A DNA stretch of 64,000 nt. Source: Spirochaetota bacterium. Lineage in GTDB: Bacteria; Spirochaetota; UBA4802; UB4802. The notes under the pieces were generated by a model. The model worked only from the letters and a program-made list of their open reading frames with translations, did not search any database and was not told the origin of the DNA. The DNA lies in contig JBBFLA010000006.1 in assembly GCA_037481795.1 (NCBI GenBank), positions 10,910-74,909 on the forward strand, written 5' to 3'. This document shows, in pieces, positions 1-10,306 of this stretch. The position numbers were made by a program, and so were the translations under genes. Every line of letters begins with the position of its first letter. Position 1 is the stretch's first letter.

Positions 1-213
1 CCTTTATTAGAACGTAAATCAATAACAATAACCTGTAACGGTACATCTATCTGAGGACCTGCAAGCCCAATCCCCTGCTCTTTATGCATGATTTCAAACA
101 TCTCGTCAACTAAATCGCGTACCATTTGTGATACCTGCTTAACCTCCTGAGCAGGGGTACGCAATGTCTGATTTCCATAATAAACCAATCTGTGCTGAGT
201 GCCTGTTACCATA
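1..213 (-). CDS. def: peptide deformylase, C-terminally truncated by window edge (N-terminal 71 aa visible)
   Basis: Reverse translation gives MVTGTQHRLVYYGNQTLRTPAQEV...EQGIGLAGPQIDVPLQVIVIDL, the typical PDF N-terminus including the G(I/L)AAPQ-type motif. ATG at 213. Too short for the ORF track because it runs off the edge. Confidence 0.7.
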
Positions 214-558
214 ACTATCTCTTAATTAATAAATTTAATTATACTAATATATCACGTTTTATTTGTATTGTCAATATATGAATAGGAATTTATTTGTTTT
301 AGCTTAAGGTAGTGTTTTATTAAATTGAATTATTTTTACAAAAATATATATTTCATCGTTGACAAGCACTATCATTAACTTTACCATTAACAAAGTATAG
401 TGTTCAATTTTTATAATCTAATATTGGATAGTCATCCAAGATTATTGTTTACTTTTTGGGTCGTCTGGGGATGTTTGTATAGTTTTTCACAATACGGGAA
501 TAGCTATTGTAACGTTATTTTATTTGTTCATACATACAACTTCAGGAGGAGTAATTAT

Positions 559-2046
559 ATGACTTTTAAAGAATACAATAATTACGACGCTACCGGCCTT
601 GCAGAGCTCATCAAAAAAAAGAAAGTTTCTATTAAAGAGGTTACCACCGCAGCAATACAACATATAGAAAAGATTAACCCTTTAATTAATGCTATTATTA
701 CACCAATGTATGAAAATATTGACAGTGAAATAAAGAATATCCCCAAAGGACATTTTTATGGTGTTCCTTTTTTAGTTAAAGATTTGCTGACTTCAATAAA
801 AGGTGTCAGGATGGCCAGCGGCTGCAGGGCTTACCGTAATTACATACCTGATTTTGATAGTGAAGTTGCAAAACGGTATAAATCGGCCGGCCTTGTTATC
901 CTTGGAAAAACAAACACACCTGAATTTGGATTGGTTGCATATACCGAACCCAAAATTTTTGGGCCCACCCGCAATCCCTGGAACACTAACCTAATTCCAG
1001 GGGGTTCAAGCGGAGGTTCGGCTGCTGCTATTGCAAGTGGCATGGTACCGTTTGCTGGTGGTGGCGATGGTGGCGGTTCTATCCGCATCCCATCAGCATA
1101 TTGTGGTTTATTTGGCTTTAAGCCATCCCGCGGACGTGTTCCAGCAGGTCCTGAATACGGGCAGATATGGCAGGGAGCCGCTGTTGAGCATGTCTTAACC
1201 CGCTCAGTTCGCGATAGTGCAGCCATGCTTGATATTTTACAGGGCTCTGACCCCGGAGCACCGTATATCATTGAACCACCAAAATTGCCATACAGTAAGG
1301 AAATTCAAAAATCACCCGGGAAACTTAAAATAGCCATTTCCACTGATTCACCTATAGGTACTGCCGTGCATCCTGAATGTAAAAAAGCAGCTCTTGAAGC
1401 AGCAAAACTATGTGAACGTTTGGGTCATCATGTTTCAATTGACTCCCCAAAAGTTGATGGTGTTGCACTGGCTAAAAGTTACCTCATGCTTTATTTTGGT
1501 GAAGTTGCTGCTGATATTAAAACTATTGGAATTAAATTAGGCCGAAAACCAAAACAAAGCGACGTTGAAGTAACCACATGGACATTGGGGCTTTTAGGAA
1601 GAACCTATAGTGCCGGTGACTTTGTAATGGCTCTGAGGGAATGGAACACTGCTGCACGTGCATTGGGTGAATTCTTTACAAAGTATGATGTATACTTAAC
1701 ACCAACGACAGGACAACCCCCTGCACCAATAGGCTCGTTAGCCCCAAAACCAATTGAACTTTTTGGATCAAAGATTATGAATTTACTGGGGCTTGGTGGA
1801 CTACTTAAAATATCTGGCATTGTTGAAAAGCTGGCAATACAGAGCTTATCTCAGGTGCCATTTACTCAGCTGGCCAATTTAACCGGAATTCCTGCAATGT
1901 CACTTCCTCTCCATTGGGGTGAAGATGGACTGCCTTACGGTGTTCAGTTTATGGCATCGTTTGGGAATGAGGCACTCCTATTCAGGTTGGCTGCCCAGCT
2001 GGAAAAAGCAAAACCATGGTTTCATAAACGTCCTCAGTTAATTTAA
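559..2046 (+). CDS. amidase-signature family amidase (GatA-like)
   Basis: GGSSGGSAAA amidase signature motif and a Ser-cisSer-Lys context. Start moved to ATG 559 (MTFKEY...) because of AGGAGG at 545-550 with 8-nt spacing; the ORF as listed extends back to 400. Confidence 0.8.
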   Translation: MTFKEYNNYDATGLAELIKKKKVSIKEVTTAAIQHIEKINPLINAIITPMYENIDSEIKNIPKGHFYGVPFLVKDLLTSIKGVRMASGCRAYRNYIPDFDSEVAKRYKSAGLVILGKTNTPEFGLVAYTEPKIFGPTRNPWNTNLIPGGSSGGSAAAIASGMVPFAGGGDGGGSIRIPSAYCGLFGFKPSRGRVPAGPEYGQIWQGAAVEHVLTRSVRDSAAMLDILQGSDPGAPYIIEPPKLPYSKEIQKSPGKLKIAISTDSPIGTAVHPECKKAALEAAKLCERLGHHVSIDSPKVDGVALAKSYLMLYFGEVAADIKTIGIKLGRKPKQSDVEVTTWTLGLLGRTYSAGDFVMALREWNTAARALGEFFTKYDVYLTPTTGQPPAPIGSLAPKPIELFGSKIMNLLGLGGLLKISGIVEKLAIQSLSQVPFTQLANLTGIPAMSLPLHWGEDGLPYGVQFMASFGNEALLFRLAAQLEKAKPWFHKRPQLI

Positions 2047-2063
2047 CTTTGCGGAGTTATATT

Positions 2064-2804
2064 ATGGGAAAGTTTACAACAGCTCTAATTGAAATTGTAT
2101 ATTTTATATACCGGCCTGTGTTTTACCTTTTAGTTATTATCGATACAACTATTTTAGGCATTCTCACCATTGCCCTATCTTTTTTTGATCCAACGGGCAA
2201 TACTGTTCACTACATTGGTGTATTCTGGTCAAGGCTTAATCTTTTTTTATCTGGAGTCAGAGTTCGTGTTCATAACAAGGAATACATACAAAAAGATCAG
2301 CCTTATATTGTTATGATGAACCATCAAAGTCACTATGATGTGTGGGCTGCCATTGGTTACATTCCATTGCAGTTACGATGGGTAATGAAAATGGAATTAC
2401 GAAGGATACCCATTTTTGGATTGGGCTGTGAGCGCATGGGACATATCTATATAGACAGGGGCGATTCACATCAAGCACGCGAAAGCCTGAAAGCTGCCGG
2501 TGAAAAAATAAGAAACGGAGCATCAGTAGTATTTTTCCCCGAGGGAACCAGAAGCCCTGACGGGAAACTGTTGCCCTTTAAGAAAGGTGGATTTGTCATA
2601 GCAATAGAATCGCGCGTACCTATTCTTCCTATTACCGGAATTGGTTCACGTGCAATTTTACCCAAGGGGAGCATGGCAATTCGTCCAGGAACCATTGACC
2701 TTTTCATTCATCAGCCTATTGAGGTTACAAGCTATACTCAGGAAAACAAAGAAGAACTCATAAGAAAAGTACGCAGTGTCATAGCAAGCAGGCTTGAAAT
2801 ATAA
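2064..2804 (+). CDS. plsC: 1-acyl-sn-glycerol-3-phosphate acyltransferase (PlsC family)
   Basis: NHQSHYD (HX4D) and FPEGTRS acyltransferase motifs plus an N-terminal TM helix. ATG 2064 is preceded by GGAG at 2053-2056; the TTG at 2049 is an alternative start. Confidence 0.75.
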   Translation: MGKFTTALIEIVYFIYRPVFYLLVIIDTTILGILTIALSFFDPTGNTVHYIGVFWSRLNLFLSGVRVRVHNKEYIQKDQPYIVMMNHQSHYDVWAAIGYIPLQLRWVMKMELRRIPIFGLGCERMGHIYIDRGDSHQARESLKAAGEKIRNGASVVFFPEGTRSPDGKLLPFKKGGFVIAIESRVPILPITGIGSRAILPKGSMAIRPGTIDLFIHQPIEVTSYTQENKEELIRKVRSVIASRLEI

Positions 2805-2879
2805 CATTTGCCATTCACCATTAACAATTACCACTGTTACCTACACTCATAGCATTTTGCTAAAATTTGAATTATTTTC

Positions 2880-2908
2880 TTGACAATTTTGAAGTACAAC
2901 TTCAAAAT
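2880..2908 (+). promoter_or_regulatory. putative sigma70 promoter (TTGACA-17-CAAAAT) with a 7-bp palindrome (TTGAAGT-ACA-ACTTCAA, 2889-2905) in the spacer; possibly leaderless start at 2915
   Basis: Perfect -35 TTGACA at 2880-2885, 17-nt spacer and a weak -10 at 2903-2908. No SD before either candidate start codon. Confidence 0.3.
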
Positions 2909-2914
2909 ATTAAT

Positions 2915-4099
2915 ATGTGGATTGAAAGAAATATTGAAAAAATAATTTTACAAATTTCCAATATAAGGCCATGCATTTTAGTCACAGGATGCAGACAGGC
3001 CGGTAAAACCAGCCTTTTAAAAAAAATCTTTCCTGATTTTCGTTATATTTCCCTGGACATTCCTTTATATGCATCAGAAGCTGAATCAGCCGGGGATATA
3101 TTTTTACAAAAAATTGGAGAACCTGTCATTATCGATGAAATTCAATATGCTCCTGCATTATTACGGTACATCAAAGTAAAGATTGATGAAGATCGTGACA
3201 AAAATGGTCGCTTTTTTGTTACTGGCTCACAAAAATTTTCCTTAATGCAGGGAGTATCAGAAAGCCTTGCCGGACGTGTTTCAATCATAACCTGCCTGCC
3301 ATTGAGTCTTGCAGAACTGGAAAAATGGTATGGCAAGCAAATAGAAGGAAATACTTTGATACGCCTGATGTTTCTGGGTGGTTATCCCGAACTCCACGCC
3401 AAAGAACTTGATCCGGAACGTTTTTTTAGTGATTATATAGTAACGTATCTGGAAAGAGATGTCCGACAAATTGTGAACGTTAAAAATTTACGGGTTTTTG
3501 ATACTTTCCTGCGTCTTTTGGCATTAAGATCCGGACAAATTTTATCAAGCAATTCTCTTGCTTCTGAAGTTGGTGTCAGTGCACACACCATTAAAAGCTG
3601 GATTGATGTTCTTGAAGCTTCCAATATCATTTATCTTCTTAAGCCATACTACGCAAACTTAGGCAAGCGTCTTATAAAATCACCCAAGATATTTTTTCTT
3701 GATACCGGACTTCTTGCATATCTTCTTGGCATTCATAGTGAAGATGAACTTATTAAAAGTTCATTTCTTGGAGCCTTTTTTGAAACACTGGTGCTTGGTC
3801 AATTATTAAAGGCATATACATCTTTAGGTAAAAATCCAGATATCTACTTTTACCGTGATCTTTATGGTCATGAGATAGATTTTATAATACCACGAGCTGA
3901 CAGATTCCATCTTATTGAATGTAAATGGTCCGCAAGTCCTGAAGACATACCCCGGGGATTTTTGCTTATGGAAAAACTAATAGGCAAAGAAAGAATCCTG
4001 TCAAAAACCGTCATTAATCAGCGAAGAGGCTTTTTCCAGAACGCCAATGGTATTGTGTATGCCGATTGCGTCGATTGGAAATGGCTTGTTGAAAAATAA
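2915..4099 (+). CDS. AAA+ ATPase, DUF4143-like (archaeal-ATPase family)
   Basis: Walker A GCRQAGKTSLL and a Walker B-like FFVTGS, with a C-terminal DUF4143-like region. The ORF as listed starts at TTG 2867; ATG 2915 is the first ATG. Confidence 0.65.
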   Translation: MWIERNIEKIILQISNIRPCILVTGCRQAGKTSLLKKIFPDFRYISLDIPLYASEAESAGDIFLQKIGEPVIIDEIQYAPALLRYIKVKIDEDRDKNGRFFVTGSQKFSLMQGVSESLAGRVSIITCLPLSLAELEKWYGKQIEGNTLIRLMFLGGYPELHAKELDPERFFSDYIVTYLERDVRQIVNVKNLRVFDTFLRLLALRSGQILSSNSLASEVGVSAHTIKSWIDVLEASNIIYLLKPYYANLGKRLIKSPKIFFLDTGLLAYLLGIHSEDELIKSSFLGAFFETLVLGQLLKAYTSLGKNPDIYFYRDLYGHEIDFIIPRADRFHLIECKWSASPEDIPRGFLLMEKLIGKERILSKTVINQRRGFFQNANGIVYADCVDWKWLVEK

Positions 4100-4346
4100 T
4101 CGATACCTTACCAGGAAACACACTTGACATTATGGTATCATTCAATTTCATCAATCATAATCCGTTGCATAATTAATAATCTGATTGAACAAAGCAAGTA
4201 TTTATGAATTGTGAAGACGGTAACATTATTTTATCTGTTACGTAAGGATATTATGTATGACATTATTGACATGTCGTTAAATGATAGGTAATAATATATA
4301 AATAAAATAAATTGTAAGAATTTAATAACAAGGAAGGTATCGTGCT

Positions 4347-6764
4347 GTGAATTTTAAAGAACGATTACAAAAGCCCTATCCACTTATTATGGATGGTGCT
4401 ATGGGCACAATGCTCTTTAATGCAATACCAGATTACAAAGGAAACCTGGAATTACTTAATATAGAGCGTCCTGATATTATTGCATCAATACACGCTGAAT
4501 ATATTAACGCAGGTGCTGATATTGTTGAAACAAATACCTTTGGCGGAAATACAATAAAATTGGCCGAAGCTGGATTGGACTCAAGATGTGAAGAAATCAA
4601 CAGAGAAGCAGCAAGAATTGCAAAATCAGTGGCAAACGGAAAAGCATTTGTAGCAGGTTCAGTTGGTCCAACAGGTACTCTTGTAGAACCAATGGGAATA
4701 ACCCCGGCTGAAGCAGTATACAACGCATTTAAACGACAGATTCAGGGTTTGGTTTCAGGAGGTGTTGACTGCATCGCTATCGAAACTATGACCGACTTAC
4801 AGGAAGCTCGTCTGGCGTTGCGCGCTGCCAAAGATGTGGCAGATATTCCTGTAATTTGCAGTATAACATTTGAAGCTAATGGAAAAACCGTTACCGGCAC
4901 CGATATCGTGACTGCACTTGCCACACTTTCACAGATGGGTGCGGATGTTGTTGGGGCTAATTGCAGCATGGGCCCTGATGGCTTAGTTGCACTTTTCAAA
5001 GGAACTATCGCCCAGCTTAATGAATTGGGAGTTCCTCTTTCAGTGTGGGCAAATGCAGGGCTGCCAGAGCTTGTTGATGGAAAAGCAGTTTATACTCTTA
5101 ACCCACAACGCTTTGCATCACTTTCACTGGAATTTGCAAAATTGGGATTTGCAATAATTGGTGGTTGTTGCGGTACAACCCCTGCACATATAAAAGCGCT
5201 TGCAACAGTTGTAAAGAATACGTTGATAAAAATAAAAAGCTCAAAAACATACTATTACATTACAAGCAGATATACGAATATTAATGTTAATACTCATGAG
5301 GGTTTGCTTATCATTGGTGAACGGCTAAACCCAACTGCACGCAAACAATTTGCTGTTGAACTTAAAGAAAATACATTTACCTACCTGCGTAATGAATCCA
5401 GGAAACAGCAGGATGAAGGTGCTCATTGCTTGGATATTAATGTTGGCGTTCCCGGGATTGATGAACCAAAAGCAATGAAAAAAGCTGTTACTATTCTTTC
5501 TAATAGCGTTACCATTCCGCTTATGATTGACTCAGATAATCCAGTAGTAGCTGAAGCTGCGTTATGGCACTATCCCGGCATACCAATTATTAACTCCATC
5601 AGCGCAAAAAAGCAAAGCTTTGAAGCTATGCTTCCGCTTTTAAAGAAATTTGGTAGCTTTGTGGTAGCAATGTGCCTTGATGAAAGCGGCATTCATAAGG
5701 AAGCCAGCAAGCGCATTGCCATTGGGGAAAAGCTCATCGAATTGCTGCAACATCAAGGTATTGCACCGTCACGCATTTTTGTTGACCCACTCATTTTAGC
5801 CGAAAGCGCAGAAAGCGGCGCAGCACAGGAAACGCTGCAGGTTATTGAACATTTTGCAAAAAAGGGAATCAAAACAAGCATTGGATTAAGCAATATATCG
5901 TTTGGTTTGCCACAGCGCAAATTTATTAATACTGCATTTTTGAAGCTGGCTTTGCAAAAGGGGCTATATGCTGCAATAGTCAATCCAGGAGCCATAGACA
6001 CAAATACCGCAAAACCTTACTCTACTGAGGAACTGCTGGCACTTGATTTTCTTGAAGGCAGAGATAAGAATGCTTCACACTATATTGCACATTTTCAAAC
6101 AGGTCAGCAACAAACACAACAAAAGAAAAATACTGTATCTATACTTTCAAGGATTTTTGAACTTGTTGTTGCGGGAAATACCGATGATATTGAACCAGCC
6201 GTCAAAGAAGCGTTGAACCAGCACACTCCCGAAACTATTATGAATGATGCTCTTATTGCCGCCTTAGAAAAGGTTGGCCAACTTTACAGTAATGGCGAAT
6301 ATTTTCTGCCTCAGATGATTGCCTCGGCTGACACCATGAAAAAAGGTTTCAATCTTTTAAAACCGCTTATGCTGCAAAAGAAGGAATCGGTACTGGGCAG
6401 GATAGTAATCTGCACCGTTAAAGGTGATATACACGACATTGGTAAAAATATCGTTGCCATGATGCTTGAAAATCACGGCTTTGATGTGATTGATTTAGGT
6501 AAAGATGTGCCAAATGAAAACGTTATTGAAGCAATACATCAGCATAAACCAGACATTGTGTGCTTAAGTTCACTTTTAACAACTACTATGCCTAATATGG
6601 GTACTATTGCAAATGAAATTAAAACCCAAAAGCTGCCATGTAATTTGATGATAGGTGGTGCGGTTGTGACAAAAGAATATGCTGACAGCATTGGTGCGTT
6701 TTATGGAAAAGATGCTGTTGAAGCTGTTGCTGTGGCAAAAGGTATTGTGAAGAAATCTCAATAA
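4347..6764 (+). CDS. metH: methionine synthase, short form (Hcy S-methyltransferase + pterin-binding + B12-binding domains; no AdoMet reactivation domain)
   Basis: GGCCGTTP Zn-binding motif in the Hcy domain, a pterin-binding barrel region, and the B12 cap plus DxHxxG (GDIHDIGKNIV) motif. GTG start at 4347 with AGGAAGG SD at 4331-4337. Length 805 aa versus about 1230 for full MetH. Confidence 0.85.
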   Translation: MNFKERLQKPYPLIMDGAMGTMLFNAIPDYKGNLELLNIERPDIIASIHAEYINAGADIVETNTFGGNTIKLAEAGLDSRCEEINREAARIAKSVANGKAFVAGSVGPTGTLVEPMGITPAEAVYNAFKRQIQGLVSGGVDCIAIETMTDLQEARLALRAAKDVADIPVICSITFEANGKTVTGTDIVTALATLSQMGADVVGANCSMGPDGLVALFKGTIAQLNELGVPLSVWANAGLPELVDGKAVYTLNPQRFASLSLEFAKLGFAIIGGCCGTTPAHIKALATVVKNTLIKIKSSKTYYYITSRYTNINVNTHEGLLIIGERLNPTARKQFAVELKENTFTYLRNESRKQQDEGAHCLDINVGVPGIDEPKAMKKAVTILSNSVTIPLMIDSDNPVVAEAALWHYPGIPIINSISAKKQSFEAMLPLLKKFGSFVVAMCLDESGIHKEASKRIAIGEKLIELLQHQGIAPSRIFVDPLILAESAESGAAQETLQVIEHFAKKGIKTSIGLSNISFGLPQRKFINTAFLKLALQKGLYAAIVNPGAIDTNTAKPYSTEELLALDFLEGRDKNASHYIAHFQTGQQQTQQKKNTVSILSRIFELVVAGNTDDIEPAVKEALNQHTPETIMNDALIAALEKVGQLYSNGEYFLPQMIASADTMKKGFNLLKPLMLQKKESVLGRIVICTVKGDIHDIGKNIVAMMLENHGFDVIDLGKDVPNENVIEAIHQHKPDIVCLSSLLTTTMPNMGTIANEIKTQKLPCNLMIGGAVVTKEYADSIGAFYGKDAVEAVAVAKGIVKKSQ

Positions 6765-6906
6765 CTTTTTTTATAAATTTAGTTGACATAAAGATTGTAT
6801 ATACAAGAATTCGCTTATGTTATTATGGTGGATTGTTGTACAAATCCGCTTCTTTTACTATAATTTTACAGGTTTTTACATTACAACAAAGATTAAGGAG
6901 CACGTC

Positions 6907-7426
6907 TGTGAAAGGGACACGTTCTTTTCTACTCTTTTTCTTACCTTTTGTTATATTTGCATACATCTCATTTATAGTTTTTCAGCAGGCCTGTGATTAT
7001 GCTATGAATGTACAGGCAAAGAAACTTCTTCCATTCAATCATCGCACACATACCACTAAATACGGTGCTTCAGACTGTGAAATATGCCACAGCTATGATA
7101 GCAATGGAAGATTCAATGGCATCCCTACGGTAGCAGCATGTAAACAGTGTCATGATCCAAACAAAGCAAATAATCAAGTGTTTTTTGCTGGTTTTGGCGA
7201 TAATGACAAACCATGGGAATCTTTTGCCCAGCAGCCCGACCTGGTATATTTCAGCCACATCGCTGTGATGAAAAATGAAAAGAAAGCACAGTGTATTTCA
7301 TGCCATGGTGATAAGGGCAATTCTACTACAACTGCTAAAATTAAGGGGAAAATGGCTATGGGTACATGTATGGATTGCCACACAGCTTTAAAAATAAGCA
7401 ATGCATGTACAGTATGTCATGATTAA
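6907..7426 (+). CDS. membrane-anchored pentaheme cytochrome c (QrcA/ActA-like)
   Basis: Five CxxCH motifs (CEICH, CKQCH, CISCH, CMDCH, CTVCH) and an N-terminal hydrophobic anchor. GTG 6907 is preceded by AAGGAG 6894-6899; the ORF track starts at 6833. Confidence 0.7.
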
Positions 7427-7471
7427 ATTCTTATTATTGAATCGAAATTCAAGCAAGGAGTTATTACATCC

Positions 7472-9439
7472 ATGAAACTCGAACGAAAAGATTTTCTAAC
7501 AATGATAGGTGGTGCGGTGGTAGGTACCGGTGTTGGTACGCTGATTTCACCCGGTCCATGGATGGGTCTTCAATGGCTGGTTGAATGGACCCAGGACCAG
7601 TATCGCCCTCCTAAAGGTGAAGAAAAATATTTAGCAAGTATTTGTGACCAGTGTCCCAATAAATGTACCGTACAGGTCAGAATGATTGGGGATAGAGCTG
7701 TTAAAATTGAAACATCCAATCAGGGTTGTGCTGCAGGACAACTCCTTTTACAGGTCCTTTACCACCCTGAACGAGTAAAAACCCCATTGAAACGAACCGG
7801 CAAAAAGGGAAAAATTGATTTTGAGCCGGTTTCATGGGAAAGTGCAATAGCAGATATCTCCAGGAAAATAAATGATGCCATAAATAACAAAAAACAGGAC
7901 CAGATTGTAGCAATAAATCCTGCTTTCCCCGATGCAACAGCAATGTTAAACGAACGGATAGCGCTTTTTGCTGGTAGCCCTCATATATATCAGGAATCAG
8001 GATACTGGGCTCTATCCAATGCCTGTTCAGTAGCAACCCAGAAAACTGAAGGAGCTATCGATTATGATTTTGAAAATGCTGATTGCGTTGTAAGCTTTGG
8101 TGCACGCCTTTTTGAAGGGTGGGGAAATCCCGGCAGGATGCACAAGGTATTGAATATCTGGAAGCAAAAAGGTGTAAAATTTATACAGGTTGATTCCATT
8201 GCATCACGTACAGCTTCATTAGCAGACCAGTGGGTTGCAATAAAACCTGGTAGCGAACCAATTTTTGCCATGGGTGTTGCAAATTATCTGCTGAAATATG
8301 GTAGGCGCTCTGTTGCAACTAATTTTGGCAGATTTACAGAGCTACTGATTAATAAATTCACTCCTGAAAAGGTTTCTGAGCTCACTGGTGCATCACTTGA
8401 AACAATTGAATCTGTAGCAAAAGCATTAATCCAGGCACGAAGACCTATTGCAGTAGCTGGCAAAGGCGGAAAAGTTGTATCTTCTTCAGTTGCCGAATTT
8501 GCAATAATTCAAACAATAAACAGTATGATTGGCAGTCTTGGTAACAGTGTTAAACTTGTTACTTTTGCAACTCCTGCAAAGCCAGTAGTAGCAAAGAAGT
8601 CCAAGGGATTGGATGAATATATAGCAAGCGATATGACCTGTGATATAGTGCTGGTAAACAATGCTAATCCAGTGTATTCAAGTGTATATGGCAAGCGCCT
8701 TTCTGAAAAGCTTAAAAAAGCTTCAATGGTTGTGCTATTTACTTCGTTGCTTAATGATACTGCACTGTATGCTGATTATATTTTCCCAACACTTACTTCG
8801 CTTGAAATTCCTTTTACAGGTCAGGCTGTATCAGCCAAGTTTGAAGCAAAACATGCTGGCGACTCATTGCTGGCAATAGCAAAAAACATACCCAATTTAG
8901 CTGCTCAATTCCCATGGAATAGTTATTTAGATGTGGTAAAAGCTGTGAGTTTCCAGTCTAAAAATGTAGCAAATCTGGATATCCCTGTTGATGTTATCAC
9001 TGCAAAGCTGGAAGAATTAGAAAAGTTGCTGCAAGCTTCAGGCTCATATTCTATTTCTATGGTACCATTTGAAATACCAGTAGTTGGTGAGGGAAATGGA
9101 CTTGCACTTCCTTATGTATTAAAGGCACTTCCAGACACAGTTTTAAAAGGTGATACAAGCTGGGTATGGATGAATCCAGTTACAGCATCAAAAGAAGGAA
9201 TTTCCGAAGGCTCCAAAATCGATATTGAATCTCCCCGTGGTGAACTTGATACAGTCAGAGTACATTTAACCAAACGCGTTGCTTACGATACTGTTGCAAT
9301 GCCTATCGGTTTTGGCCATGAGGAATTAACCGAATATGGTAGTGAAAAAGGTGTTAACCCCAAACCCATAATGTCAGATGCATTAGACCCTCTCAGTGGT
9401 TATGCTGACTGGTGGTTAACACGTGTAAAATTGAGTTAA
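7472..9439 (+). CDS. molybdopterin-oxidoreductase-family large subunit with TAT-like signal (QrcB-like)
   Basis: N-terminal ERKDFLTMIGGAVVGTGVG, a twin-arginine-like signal with an RK variant. An N-terminal Cys cluster CDQCPNKC...C of Fe-S type. MopB-family architecture, 655 aa. AAGGAG upstream. Confidence 0.7.
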   Translation: MKLERKDFLTMIGGAVVGTGVGTLISPGPWMGLQWLVEWTQDQYRPPKGEEKYLASICDQCPNKCTVQVRMIGDRAVKIETSNQGCAAGQLLLQVLYHPERVKTPLKRTGKKGKIDFEPVSWESAIADISRKINDAINNKKQDQIVAINPAFPDATAMLNERIALFAGSPHIYQESGYWALSNACSVATQKTEGAIDYDFENADCVVSFGARLFEGWGNPGRMHKVLNIWKQKGVKFIQVDSIASRTASLADQWVAIKPGSEPIFAMGVANYLLKYGRRSVATNFGRFTELLINKFTPEKVSELTGASLETIESVAKALIQARRPIAVAGKGGKVVSSSVAEFAIIQTINSMIGSLGNSVKLVTFATPAKPVVAKKSKGLDEYIASDMTCDIVLVNNANPVYSSVYGKRLSEKLKKASMVVLFTSLLNDTALYADYIFPTLTSLEIPFTGQAVSAKFEAKHAGDSLLAIAKNIPNLAAQFPWNSYLDVVKAVSFQSKNVANLDIPVDVITAKLEELEKLLQASGSYSISMVPFEIPVVGEGNGLALPYVLKALPDTVLKGDTSWVWMNPVTASKEGISEGSKIDIESPRGELDTVRVHLTKRVAYDTVAMPIGFGHEELTEYGSEKGVNPKPIMSDALDPLSGYADWWLTRVKLS

Positions 9440-9452
9440 GAGGTGATGAATT

Positions 9453-10283
9453 ATGGCCAAGATGACAAGAAGATGGGGAATGGTTATTGATTTAGATAAA
9501 TGTACTGGTTGCGGTGCATGCAATATTGCTTGTGCACAGGAAAATAATCTTCCAATTTTCAAAGATGATTCTGATGTACCCAAAAGGGTCACGTTCCTTG
9601 ACCTTATAGAGGTAACTAATGATAAAGATTCTAAAGCTCAGTATCCTGATGTTAAAGTGGCATATATACCCAAGATGTGTCAGCAGTGTTCAGGGAACGA
9701 TCCAAATAATCCGCATCCACCATGCGTTTCAGTGTGCCCGGTTGTTGCAACTGACGTAGGTGAAGATGGCGTTGTAAGCCAGATATGGTCACGATGTATA
9801 GGTTGCCGATACTGTCAGGTAGCCTGCCCATATGAAGCACGTGTATTCCACTGGTGGAAACCTCGCTATGAAGGATCTTTCAAAGAATCTCTTAATCCTG
9901 ATGTTTCAATAGCTTCACGTGGTACCATGGTAAAATGTACATTCTGTTCACACATCTGGAAGCGTGAACGTGACAAAGCCATAGCTCAGGGTATAACCGA
10001 TATAAACGCAGTTACGTACACTCCAGCCTGTGCAAGTGCATGCCCAACTAATGCCATACTATTTGGTGACCTCAATGATCCTTCTTCGCCAGTATATGAA
10101 CCTAAAATACAAAAGGATCCCAGGGCTGTACGTCTGGTACATTCCATAGATGAATTACGTACAAAAGATCCGTCTGAATATGAAAAGCGGACTAAAATCA
10201 AAGAATATCCAAATCCAAAAGTATATTATTTAACCAGCCAGCAATGGCTTCGTGATAAAATATCTATATTTAAAAACTCCTAA
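9453..10283 (+). CDS. 4Fe-4S ferredoxin-type iron-sulfur subunit (QrcC/PsrB-like)
   Basis: Multiple CxxCxxCxxxCP clusters (CTGCGACNIAC, CQQCSG..., CIGCRYCQVACP, CASACP). GAGGTG SD. Confidence 0.75.
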   Translation: MAKMTRRWGMVIDLDKCTGCGACNIACAQENNLPIFKDDSDVPKRVTFLDLIEVTNDKDSKAQYPDVKVAYIPKMCQQCSGNDPNNPHPPCVSVCPVVATDVGEDGVVSQIWSRCIGCRYCQVACPYEARVFHWWKPRYEGSFKESLNPDVSIASRGTMVKCTFCSHIWKRERDKAIAQGITDINAVTYTPACASACPTNAILFGDLNDPSSPVYEPKIQKDPRAVRLVHSIDELRTKDPSEYEKRTKIKEYPNPKVYYLTSQQWLRDKISIFKNS

Positions 10284-10306
10284 AAAAAGCAGAAGGAGAG
10301 TATACC

